From Minisyncoccota bacterium (GTDB taxonomy: Bacteria > Patescibacteriota > Minisyncoccia > Moranbacterales > GCA-2747515), in the NCBI GenBank assembly GCA_937936355.1, contig CALDDM010000028.1, forward strand, positions 1-57,698: 57,698 nucleotides of DNA, written 5' to 3'. This document shows positions 36,278 through 44,526 of this stretch, one piece after another. Numbering within the stretch: position 1 is the first letter of the stretch; every line of letters starts with the position of its first letter. A model generated the notes under the pieces. It did not search any database, was not told where the DNA came from, and saw nothing but the letters and a program-made list of their open reading frames with translations. The translations under genes were made by a program, and so were the position numbers.

Positions 36278-37801
36278 CTATGTCTTTGTGATCCGATACC
36301 CGTTCGCTGCGTCCTTAATCGTATAACCAGCTTCAGCAATTTCATCACGCAGCTTGTCAGACTCTTGAAAGTCTTTCCTGTCCCGAGCTTTAACTCTCAT
36401 TTCTGCTAAGTCTATAATTTTCTGAGGAATAATATTTAGCTCCTTTTTCAGTTCAATCCCTAAAACATTTATTACTGATTGATCAAAGAAATTAATTATC
36501 TCTTGAAAATTATCTATATACCCTAGAGCGGAGGCTTTCACATGGCCATGTGTGGAATTGATCTCCTTTGATTTAAGTGCAAGTCCTGAATTGACATTGT
36601 GTATGATGCTGTGAATAGATTCAAGCGCTGAGGGTGTATTAAGATCATCAGACATTGATGAGTTGAAGCTTTCTTTCTCAGACGAGAAGTCATATTTGTA
36701 TGGGTCAACGTCATCATATGGCCAGAATTTTTCATTTTTGACCTTCTTCTCCTTGGACAGGAGTAAATTTTGATAGAACTCCTCAATCTTATGGACAGTT
36801 GATTTAGCTTGAATAAGGCTGTCCCATGTGAAATTCATTTGGGACCTGTAATGGGATTGCAAGTACGTCATGCGTAAGTCCATAGGAGAGAAGCCTTCTT
36901 CTTTCACATCTTCGATTGTCAGGAGTGTACCTTTTGATTTGCTCATTTTTTTGCCCTCGATCATCATGTGGCGCGTGTGTAGCCAATAGTTCGCAAATGG
37001 TTTGTCTGTTGCACCCTCAGACTGCGCGATCTCTGCTTCGTGATGCGGGAAGATGTGGTCCTCGCCGCCGGTATGTATATCAATTGTTGTATCAAGTTCT
37101 TCTGTAGCCATCGCAGAGCACTCAATATGCCATCCTGGATAGCCGGCGCCCCATGGGCTATTCCATTGCATAAGGTGTTCTTTGGGGGCTTGAAGCCACA
37201 GCGCAAAATCCCATTGATTGCGCTTGTCGGCATGGGGCTCTTCTAGCCTTGCGCCTGTTTGGAGGTTTGTGAGCGTGTTGCCGGAGAGCTTCCCATAGTC
37301 TGCGAAAGACTCTACGTCAAAGAACACATTGCCGTTTGATGCGTATGCGTGACCCTTGGCAATTAAATTTTCGATCATTGCAATCATCTTGTCGATGTAC
37401 TGCGTTGCTCGCGGGTACCGCATCGGCTCAGATAGATTTAATTCTTCACTTTTTTCGAAGTGATAGTTTGTGTAGTACTTTGCTATGTCCTGTGGAGTTT
37501 TATTCTCTGCTTTGGCTTTTTTGATCATCTTATCTTCGCCGGTGTCTCCTTGATTGAGATCATCCTCGGTCAAATGACCAACGTCTGTAATGTTTTGGAT
37601 GTACTTCACCTCATAAGGATTTGGACCATGCGTAAGATAACGATAGAGAACGTCTGCTGTCATAAATGACTTGTAGTTACCTATATGCTGGTAACCATAG
37701 ACAGTTGGGCCACATGTGTACATCGTGACTTTGCCTGGATGGATTGGCGTGAAATCCTCCTTTTCCTTTGTGAGTGTGTTGTAGAGTTTCAGTTGTGACA
37801 T
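36278..37801 (-). CDS. cysS: Cysteinyl-tRNA synthetase
   Basis: 'MYTCGPTVYGYQHIGN' (HIGH-type), 'GWHIECSAM', 'KMSKSKG'. Confidence 0.95.
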   Translation of the reverse strand: MSQLKLYNTLTKEKEDFTPIHPGKVTMYTCGPTVYGYQHIGNYKSFMTADVLYRYLTHGPNPYEVKYIQNITDVGHLTEDDLNQGDTGEDKMIKKAKAENKTPQDIAKYYTNYHFEKSEELNLSEPMRYPRATQYIDKMIAMIENLIAKGHAYASNGNVFFDVESFADYGKLSGNTLTNLQTGARLEEPHADKRNQWDFALWLQAPKEHLMQWNSPWGAGYPGWHIECSAMATEELDTTIDIHTGGEDHIFPHHEAEIAQSEGATDKPFANYWLHTRHMMIEGKKMSKSKGTLLTIEDVKEEGFSPMDLRMTYLQSHYRSQMNFTWDSLIQAKSTVHKIEEFYQNLLLSKEKKVKNEKFWPYDDVDPYKYDFSSEKESFNSSMSDDLNTPSALESIHSIIHNVNSGLALKSKEINSTHGHVKASALGYIDNFQEIINFFDQSVINVLGIELKKELNIIPQKIIDLAEMRVKARDRKDFQESDKLRDEIAEAGYTIKDAANGYRITKT

Positions 37802-37818
37802 ACAGGAATAGTGAATTG

Positions 37819-38727
37819 TTAGAGGAGTTTGGTGATTTTGAAAATGATGTAGGTTGTCAATGAGAGGAAGAACATAACAGCGAGATGGATGATAAACCCA
37901 TGTGGGTGTTTGGAAAGTGGCGTAACCACATTAATTCCGAGGATATTAGCATAGAGTGTCATAGGTATGAAGATCACGGTAAAAAGTGTGATGAAATTCA
38001 TTTTGGAGTTGATCTTCTGACTTAGCAGTGTGTTGTTGGTTTCTTCTAGGGAGGAGATTGTTTCTTTGGAGCTTTCGAGCATATTCCAGAGGCGGATGTT
38101 TGTGCCGATCAAATCATGGAAATATGGTTTGATGTCCGGTGCGACGATATTGCCTGGTTGTGTTGTTATGGATTCGAGTATGGCACGTTGCGGCATCATT
38201 GTTCTGCGAAAATTAAGTACATCACGTTTTGCGATACTTATCTCTTTGACCATCTGCTTTTCATTGCCGCTAAAAATACCATCTTCGATCATGTCTATGT
38301 TGCGCGCAATGTGGTCTAGGCGCGGAAAGCATGATTCAATGAGGATTTGCAAAATCTCGTAGAGGAGGTGGGAGGGTGTTTTGTTCATGTAGTGTCGCTT
38401 CACTCCATCGCCGCCGATTAGTTTTTCCATGAACTGCGTGATCTGGTAGATTTGGTTTTTGTGACCAGTGATAATGTGTGTGTTCGTAAGGATGATATCT
38501 ATTTCGCCAGCATACGTTGTGCGTTTGGTAGAGTCAAAGAGTGGGATGTGAAGTGTGAGGTAAAGACAGTTTGAGTACCTCGTTGCACGGGGACGATATG
38601 TTGGTGTTGCAAATTCTTCCACAGCTAACGGATGAATATCAAAATTTTCACGCAAGTACGTGATGTCTTCCTCTGTCGGGTTTTCAATATCTACCCACGT
38701 TAAGTTGCGGTATGAGACTTCCTGCAT
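37819..38727 (-). CDS. CorA-superfamily divalent cation channel with GIN (not GMN) signature
   Basis: CorA fold length (302 aa), two C-terminal TMs. 'PMTLYANILGINV' stands where CorA has YGMNF. Confidence 0.8.
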   Translation of the reverse strand: MQEVSYRNLTWVDIENPTEEDITYLRENFDIHPLAVEEFATPTYRPRATRYSNCLYLTLHIPLFDSTKRTTYAGEIDIILTNTHIITGHKNQIYQITQFMEKLIGGDGVKRHYMNKTPSHLLYEILQILIESCFPRLDHIARNIDMIEDGIFSGNEKQMVKEISIAKRDVLNFRRTMMPQRAILESITTQPGNIVAPDIKPYFHDLIGTNIRLWNMLESSKETISSLEETNNTLLSQKINSKMNFITLFTVIFIPMTLYANILGINVVTPLSKHPHGFIIHLAVMFFLSLTTYIIFKITKLL

Positions 38728-38845
38728 GAACTATGTATCTGGCTATTTATAACTCTATTTTAACAGTAAAAAGAATGATTGAGTACTTGACTTATGGATG
38801 AATTATGACAATATAAGTTCACACAAGGCAAGGAGTACGTTACAA

Positions 38846-39244
38846 ATGAAAAATTTACACATTGTTTTTTCTGTTGCACTTTTATCAGTCACTCTGAGTG
38901 GGTGCGCCAATCAGGGCGGTGTGCCAACCGCGCATCGGTGGAGTTTTGTGCATGAGACCGATCAAAGTCTGGTTTATGGATCAGCTTTTGTAAAAAGCCG
39001 TTTTGTTTGTATTGATAAGGCAACAAAGCGACGGAGAGCTGATACAATGATTGATATTTTTCGTGCAGGTGCTAAGGAGTATTATAAGTTCGTTGGGATC
39101 TCGTATAATGGCGCAAGACAGCTTGTGCTTACCGAGATATTTTCTCGATATGAGGATGCGCAAAAGTTGCAGAAAGAGTTCTTTGAGTATGTAAACTGTC
39201 AACGCGATAAGTCAGTGAGGATAGAGGGGGATATGTTTATCTGA
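38846..39244 (+). CDS. Putative lipoprotein
   Basis: 'MKNLHIVFSVALLSVTLSGC' has the lipobox L-S-G-C. AAGGAG Shine-Dalgarno at 38830-38835. Start moved from 38798. Confidence 0.55.
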   Translation: MKNLHIVFSVALLSVTLSGCANQGGVPTAHRWSFVHETDQSLVYGSAFVKSRFVCIDKATKRRRADTMIDIFRAGAKEYYKFVGISYNGARQLVLTEIFSRYEDAQKLQKEFFEYVNCQRDKSVRIEGDMFI

Positions 39245-39327
39245 GTGACATTAACTGAGGAGTTGGTGGTGGTATAAAAGAGCGTAGATCATCTGATTTG
39301 CGCTTGTTTTTTTTGATAATAACGATG

Positions 39328-40092
39328 CTAGCTTTTGATCCTGTAACCGGTACGGAATATCCATGCGATCAGCATGCCGCAGGCAAAAGTAAAGAGTGCA
39401 ATCATAGTAAAGCTAACGATGGGATCAACATCAGAAATGCCGAAAAAGCTCCATCGTAAGCCACTGATCATGTAAACAATGGGGTTGATCAAGGAAATCT
39501 TTTGCCAAAAACTAGGGAGCATATCGATCGAGTAGAAAATTCCACCAAGGAATGAAAGTGGTGTAATGATGAGTGTTGGGAACAAAGCGAGTTTCTCAAA
39601 GCTGTCTGCCCATATGCCGATGATGAGTCCAAATAAGCTAAAGGAGATTGCAGTGAGTACGCTGAAGACGATTGCAAGAATGGGATGTGCAACTGTTGCG
39701 TCTCGTGTAAAAAAGATAGACACGCAATAAATGATCGCACCTATTATGAGGGCGCGTGATGCAGCTGCCAACGTGTGGCCTGCGATGATTTCAAAGTGTG
39801 ATAGTGGTGCACTAAGGAATTCGTATTTTGTTCCAATGAATTTTGGGAAGTAGATCCCACTACTTGCTGCAGATAACGCGTTGGTGAGAAGGGCCATCAT
39901 GATGAGGCCTGGTACGATGTAGAGTTCGTAACTCACGCCACTGAGCTCAGGTATTGCACGTCCAACTGCACTACCAAAGACGATGAAGTAGAGTGCTGTG
40001 GTTAAAACGGGTGAGATCAGTGTCTGGCCCGGTACACGAAATGTGCGCGCCATTTCCTTCTTGTAAATTGTTGTGAGGCCAATAAGGTTCAT
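39328..40092 (-). CDS. ABC-2 type transporter permease
   Basis: Six hydrophobic segments, 254 aa, immediately downstream of the ATPase gene (4-nt gap). Confidence 0.8.
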   Translation of the reverse strand: MNLIGLTTIYKKEMARTFRVPGQTLISPVLTTALYFIVFGSAVGRAIPELSGVSYELYIVPGLIMMALLTNALSAASSGIYFPKFIGTKYEFLSAPLSHFEIIAGHTLAAASRALIIGAIIYCVSIFFTRDATVAHPILAIVFSVLTAISFSLFGLIIGIWADSFEKLALFPTLIITPLSFLGGIFYSIDMLPSFWQKISLINPIVYMISGLRWSFFGISDVDPIVSFTMIALFTFACGMLIAWIFRTGYRIKS

Positions 40093-40095
40093 ATT

Positions 40096-41031
40096 CTATT
40101 TTTGCGTTGAATTGTCATGTGTTAAGTCGACGAAGATTTCCTCTAGCGAGGTTTCTTGGGTGCTGATGTCGTGAACTGAGATGTTTGCGGCCTTGAGTTT
40201 ACTTAAGAGTTCTGTGATGCCAGTTTTGCCACCAGTCTTGTAAGTATATGTGAGTGTCCGCCCGTTATCGCTGAGGACGAGCTTATCAGATGTGATTGAG
40301 GGGGGTATTGTGTCGCATGCATGCTCTAATCCGATGATCAGCTTTTTGGACCCAAGCTTACTCATGAGTACTGACTTTTCCTCGACGATTTTAATCTCAC
40401 CATCTTGTATGATGCCAATACGATCTGCCATGTCTTGCGCTTCTTCTATGTAGTGCGTTGTGAGGATAATCGTTGTACCGCGACTCTTAAGTGTGGCAAC
40501 TAGTTCCCACATGCTGTGACGAAGCTCAACATCAACACCAGCAGTCGGTTCATCGAGAAACAGGATTTTTGGTTCATTCATGAGAGCTTTGCCGATGAGG
40601 ACGCGACGTTTCATGCCTCCTGAGAGTTCTTGTACTTTATTATCTTTTTTATCCCAGAGTGAGAGGTCTTCGAGTGTTTTTTTGAGCAATGCGTTACTGT
40701 GCTGTTTGCCGTAAAGGCCGCGTGCAATTGTGAGTGTTTGTGTTACTGTAAGAAATGGATCAAGATATAGCTCTTGGGGTACAAGTCCGATTACACTACG
40801 TGCTTTTCTGTATTGTATTATATGATCGTGTCCGTCAACTGTGACCGTCCCGCTTGACGCATTAACGAGTCCACAGATTATGCCAATAAGTGTTGTTTTG
40901 CCTGCACCATTTGGTCCTAGAAGTGCAAAAATCTCACCATCATGAATTGAGAGAGAAACTTTTTTCAGGGCTTCAAAGTCATTTTTGTAAACCTTGTCAA
41001 TGTCTTTAATTTCTAGAATATTTTTTGACAT
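40096..41031 (-). CDS. ABC transporter ATP-binding protein (ABC-2/DrrA-like)
   Basis: Walker A 'GPNGAGKTT', signature 'LSGGMKRR', Walker B 'ILFLDEPT'. Confidence 0.9.
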   Translation of the reverse strand: MSKNILEIKDIDKVYKNDFEALKKVSLSIHDGEIFALLGPNGAGKTTLIGIICGLVNASSGTVTVDGHDHIIQYRKARSVIGLVPQELYLDPFLTVTQTLTIARGLYGKQHSNALLKKTLEDLSLWDKKDNKVQELSGGMKRRVLIGKALMNEPKILFLDEPTAGVDVELRHSMWELVATLKSRGTTIILTTHYIEEAQDMADRIGIIQDGEIKIVEEKSVLMSKLGSKKLIIGLEHACDTIPPSITSDKLVLSDNGRTLTYTYKTGGKTGITELLSKLKAANISVHDISTQETSLEEIFVDLTHDNSTQK

Positions 41032-41122
41032 GTATTTGGATAAGTTTCAGTTTCAACACATTGTACCATGTATCTATATCTTATGTAGTATAGTAGAAGG
41101 ATAATGCTTGAGATAAGTGTAA

Positions 41123-41434
41123 ATGATTACACATAGAAAATCAGAAAAGTCATTTCGAGATCGCGTCTATGGTGTTGTTGCTGCAATACCGCGTGGCAAG
41201 GTGATGAGTTATGGTGAGGTTGCTCGCAGAGCAGGTAGTCCGCGCGCTGCGCGCGCTGTAGGGAGTCTTATGAATAGTGATGAGGATTTTCATGATTTGC
41301 CATGTCATCGCGTCATTTTGGGTAGTCGCCATGTGGGCGTTTATTCTGGTGGCCCAGAGGTAAAGGCAAGGCTTCTCATGGAGGAGGGCGTTATCGTTGA
41401 GGGCCTTAAAGTTCTCGAAGAGCAGATGATGTGA
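41123..41434 (+). CDS. ogt: Methylated-DNA-protein-cysteine methyltransferase, single-domain (MGMT C-terminal domain only)
   Basis: 'IPRGKVMSYGEVA…RAVG…LPCHRVI' with the active-site PCHRV; 103 aa. Confidence 0.85.
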   Translation: MITHRKSEKSFRDRVYGVVAAIPRGKVMSYGEVARRAGSPRAARAVGSLMNSDEDFHDLPCHRVILGSRHVGVYSGGPEVKARLLMEEGVIVEGLKVLEEQMM

Positions 41435-41511
41435 TATTTTGTATTTTTGTTGCGTATCCATAGAGTTTTTTGATGCTTTTGTCGGCTAGCTTTTGCAATT
41501 ATTGTAAACAC

Positions 41512-41540
41512 TAGACAAGATATTAAAGTTGCTCTATACT
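41512..41540 (+). promoter_or_regulatory. Candidate promoter TAGACA-17-TATACT for the tRNA pair
   Basis: -35 TAGACA 41512-41517, 17-nt spacer, -10 TATACT 41535-41540; the first tRNA starts at 41588. Confidence 0.5.
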
Positions 41541-41587
41541 TATTCTTACATGTTCTGTACATGTCTTTTAATGAAGAGCATTATTTA

Positions 41588-41663
41588 GGGCCAGTAGCTC
41601 ATCTGGTAGAGCACCTCATTTGCACTGAGGAGGTAGCGGGTTCAAGTCCTGTCTGGTCCACCA
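41588..41663 (+). tRNA. tRNA-Ala (anticodon UGC), CCA encoded
   Basis: Hand-folded cloverleaf: acceptor GGGCCAG/CTGGTCC with G3:U70, anticodon loop TTTGCAC, T-loop TTCAAGT, 3' ACCA. Confidence 0.95.
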
Positions 41664-41738
41664 CTTCTATCCCGTGAGACGGGTTTTTACATTTATTCTT
41701 GTGATAAATGTAGAGAAAAGTGATCACAATATATGAAT

Positions 41739-41812
41739 GGGCGTGTAGCTCAGTTGGTTAGAGCGCGTCACTGATAATGACGAGGTCCCAAGTTCAAATC
41801 TTGGCATGCCCA
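41739..41812 (+). tRNA. tRNA-Ile (anticodon GAU), CCA not encoded
   Basis: Hand-folded cloverleaf: acceptor GGGCGTG/CATGCCC, anticodon loop CTGATAA, T-loop TTCAAAT, discriminator A followed by CAG. Confidence 0.95.
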
Positions 41813-41970
41813 CAGTAGAAAAGACTCCTTTCGTCGGGTGTTCTTTTTTTATATACACTATCTAGGATTAGTTGGGCTTTGTTTTTTTGAGTGTTGATTG
41901 TGCGTGAAATTTTTTACATTCTGTGTTTTCAGTGCTAGGATTGTGTGTTATCCGCAATGAGACTGCCTTT

Positions 41971-43461
41971 ATGTCTTTGCATCGTGCACAAGTATTGTTT
42001 TGGGGCTCGCTTGGTTTCGTGATTGGTGTGACGTCTGTTTTTGTTCTGGAGCCACGTCGTACAATATGGACGTGTGTCGCTCTTTCCTTTGTTTGTGTGG
42101 GTATTGTAGGATATTGTATCCAGCGCAGAAAGTCGGTTGTGAACTGCGCGCGATTGGATGATGTGCGTTATTGGTGTACTGCCATACTTTTGTCGGCAGT
42201 ATTTGTCGTTGTAGGGGTATTGCATTGTGATCACACGTTGCACCAACATGATCATTATGGACTCGCCGGTGAGAGTGTGACATTGCATGGTGAAGTTGCG
42301 CGGCAACCCATACGGAGTGAAAAGTTTCTTAATTTTGAAGTGCAAGAGCATGGTAGTGATCTGCGCGTTCTTGTGCGTGGTGCAAAATATGCAGGATTTT
42401 CGCTTGGAGATGAGCTTGGTATTACGTGTGTGCTGAAGGCACCGGAAGTGTTTAATGGATTTAACTATCCGCGTTATCTACAGATGCGTGGCGTGCATTA
42501 TCTGTGTGATGATGCGGAGGTTACCTTAATCTCTCCTGGAACAGGCTTTCTTGCTCGGATCGCTCGTTTTCGTACAATGATTGAGGCGGATTTAAATACG
42601 CTCATTCGATCACCAGAATCTGGTCTTGCAAGCGGGTTGCTTTTTGGGGGTGATGATCGTCTATCGCAGAAGCTACAAGATGCTTTTTCTCGGACAGGGA
42701 TGAGTCATATCGTTGCTGTTAGTGGTTACAATGTGAGCGTTATCATTATGGTAATTACAGTTGTGGGGATCTATTTGGGTCTCTGGCGTCGGCAGGCATC
42801 GATTCTCTCCATTATTGCGATTGTTCTTTTTGTTGCGATGATTGGCTTTCCATCGTCAGGTGTTCGTGCTGCTGTGATGGGCATGATTGTATTGTGTGCT
42901 CTTATCTATGGTCGTGCTGTCCATGCATTTGGTGTCGTCATCTTTGCGGCAGCGCTTATGCTTGTTTGGAATCCATTGCAGATCGCGTATGATGTAGGAT
43001 TTCAACTTTCTTTTGGTGCTGTGTTGGGTATCATGGCTTTTGTGCCTGTGCTCGAGCATTTTGTGCAAAACTATAGAAAGATACCGTTTATAGTAGAGAT
43101 TCTCTTTGTTACGATAAGTGCGCAGTTATTTGTGTTGCCGATTATTGTGTATCATTTTATGACGTTTTCAAGTGTCTCGTTGCTTACGAATCTTTTTGTC
43201 TTGCCAATTCTTCCATTCACAATGTTCTTTGTTTTTGTGACAGCGGTGATGTCGCAGATATGGTTTCCAATAGCATTTTTCTTTGCGTTGATCTCCCAGG
43301 TGCTTTTGGCATATGAGATTGCAGTTATTACATATTTTGCAGAGCGCTCATGGAGCTCTGTGGAAATCACAGAATTTTCATGGGTATTGGCCGTGCTGTA
43401 CTACAGTTTCCTTGTGGGCATCACCGCATTCTTTAACCATAAGGGTCTCTATAGGAAGTAG
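41971..43461 (+). CDS. comEC: ComEC/Rec2 DNA-uptake channel, membrane (DUF4131 + Competence) part only
   Basis: 'ASGLLFGGDDRLSQKLQDAFSRTGMSHIVAVSGYNVS' competence-domain motif; more than 8 TMs. No MBL domain in this ORF. Start set at ATG 41971. Confidence 0.85.
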   Translation: MSLHRAQVLFWGSLGFVIGVTSVFVLEPRRTIWTCVALSFVCVGIVGYCIQRRKSVVNCARLDDVRYWCTAILLSAVFVVVGVLHCDHTLHQHDHYGLAGESVTLHGEVARQPIRSEKFLNFEVQEHGSDLRVLVRGAKYAGFSLGDELGITCVLKAPEVFNGFNYPRYLQMRGVHYLCDDAEVTLISPGTGFLARIARFRTMIEADLNTLIRSPESGLASGLLFGGDDRLSQKLQDAFSRTGMSHIVAVSGYNVSVIIMVITVVGIYLGLWRRQASILSIIAIVLFVAMIGFPSSGVRAAVMGMIVLCALIYGRAVHAFGVVIFAAALMLVWNPLQIAYDVGFQLSFGAVLGIMAFVPVLEHFVQNYRKIPFIVEILFVTISAQLFVLPIIVYHFMTFSSVSLLTNLFVLPILPFTMFFVFVTAVMSQIWFPIAFFFALISQVLLAYEIAVITYFAERSWSSVEITEFSWVLAVLYYSFLVGITAFFNHKGLYRK

Positions 43462-43484
43462 GTAGGCCATTAAACATTTGTTCT

Positions 43485-44336
43485 ATGAGGAAGAATATTT
43501 TACTTACGATACTATTTCTCAGTTTTTGTGTGAGTACTTTGTGCGCTCTCACACTCTATGAGCTTAATCGGTTTGCGCCTGTACAGGTTGCGTTTCTTGA
43601 TGTTGGGCAAGGTGACGCTATACTCATCACAGAAGGGTCATATCAAATCCTCATTGATGGCGGTCCGGATGGTCGTGTTCTGCTTGAGGAAATTGGTCGT
43701 TACATGCCTTTGTGGGATCGTACAGTGGAATTGGTGATTGCAACGCATCCTGATAGTGATCATATCGATGGTCTTGTTGATTTGGTTCAAAATTATAATG
43801 TTGAGCAGTTTTGGGGTATTGATTTGAGAAGGCAAACAAATGTATTTGCTGCACTTGAGAGAAATTTACGTAATCGCGAAGTTCTTGTTCAATATCCAGA
43901 GCGAGGTTGGCATGTTTTGCTTCCATCCGGCGCGAAGTTGGAAATTATCTACCCATTTGTTGCAGGTGATGTGGTTGGTTTTGCAGATGAGCCAAATAAT
44001 GCAAGTATTGCGGCGATATTTACAACTGCTGATGAGAAGTTTTTTCTTGGTGGAGACTTGCATAGTGCGGTGGAGGATTTGTTGCCAATTGATCGTTCAG
44101 TAACAGTTTTGAAATCGAGTCACCATGGGTCTGGCACGTCAACATCGCAATATTTCCTGAACCGCACAATGCCACGAGATGTCATTATTAGTGCTGGTAA
44201 GGATAATCGATACAATCACCCCAAAGATGAAGTGCTCGATCGTATTCGTCGATCTGTTAAGAATGTCTACCGCACAGATCATCAGGGAAGTATTGTATAT
44301 CGATGCTTGGATTTCTGTACCGTTAGTCATGACTAG
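43485..44336 (+). CDS. ComEC-type metallo-beta-lactamase domain protein encoded as a separate gene with its own signal anchor
   Basis: 'FLDVGQGDAILI', 'IATHPDSDHIDGL', 'LKSSHHGS', 'YNHP' are the ComEC C-terminal MBL motifs. N-terminal TM 'ILLTILFLSFCVSTLCALTLY'. Confidence 0.85.
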   Translation: MRKNILLTILFLSFCVSTLCALTLYELNRFAPVQVAFLDVGQGDAILITEGSYQILIDGGPDGRVLLEEIGRYMPLWDRTVELVIATHPDSDHIDGLVDLVQNYNVEQFWGIDLRRQTNVFAALERNLRNREVLVQYPERGWHVLLPSGAKLEIIYPFVAGDVVGFADEPNNASIAAIFTTADEKFFLGGDLHSAVEDLLPIDRSVTVLKSSHHGSGTSTSQYFLNRTMPRDVIISAGKDNRYNHPKDEVLDRIRRSVKNVYRTDHQGSIVYRCLDFCTVSHD

Positions 44337-44526
44337 CTCGTAATTATAGTCTGACGGAGTTATGATCGCTGTAGAGACCTTGCAATAAATCTTATCTAAT
44401 AACAAACAGCAAATGTGTACGTTTTTTGAATTTGAATCGCACGGTTTTATCCACACTTTTCTAAAAAATTACTCAAACGAGCGTGCTACACTACAATTAC
44501 TTATAATCATACTACCTCTATAAGAT

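Noticed and set aside
41588-44336. tRNA-adjacent region as a possible integrated mobile element
   Set aside because: There is no integrase, recombinase or direct repeat of the tRNA 3' end. The downstream genes are the comEC pair, which is ordinary chromosomal content.
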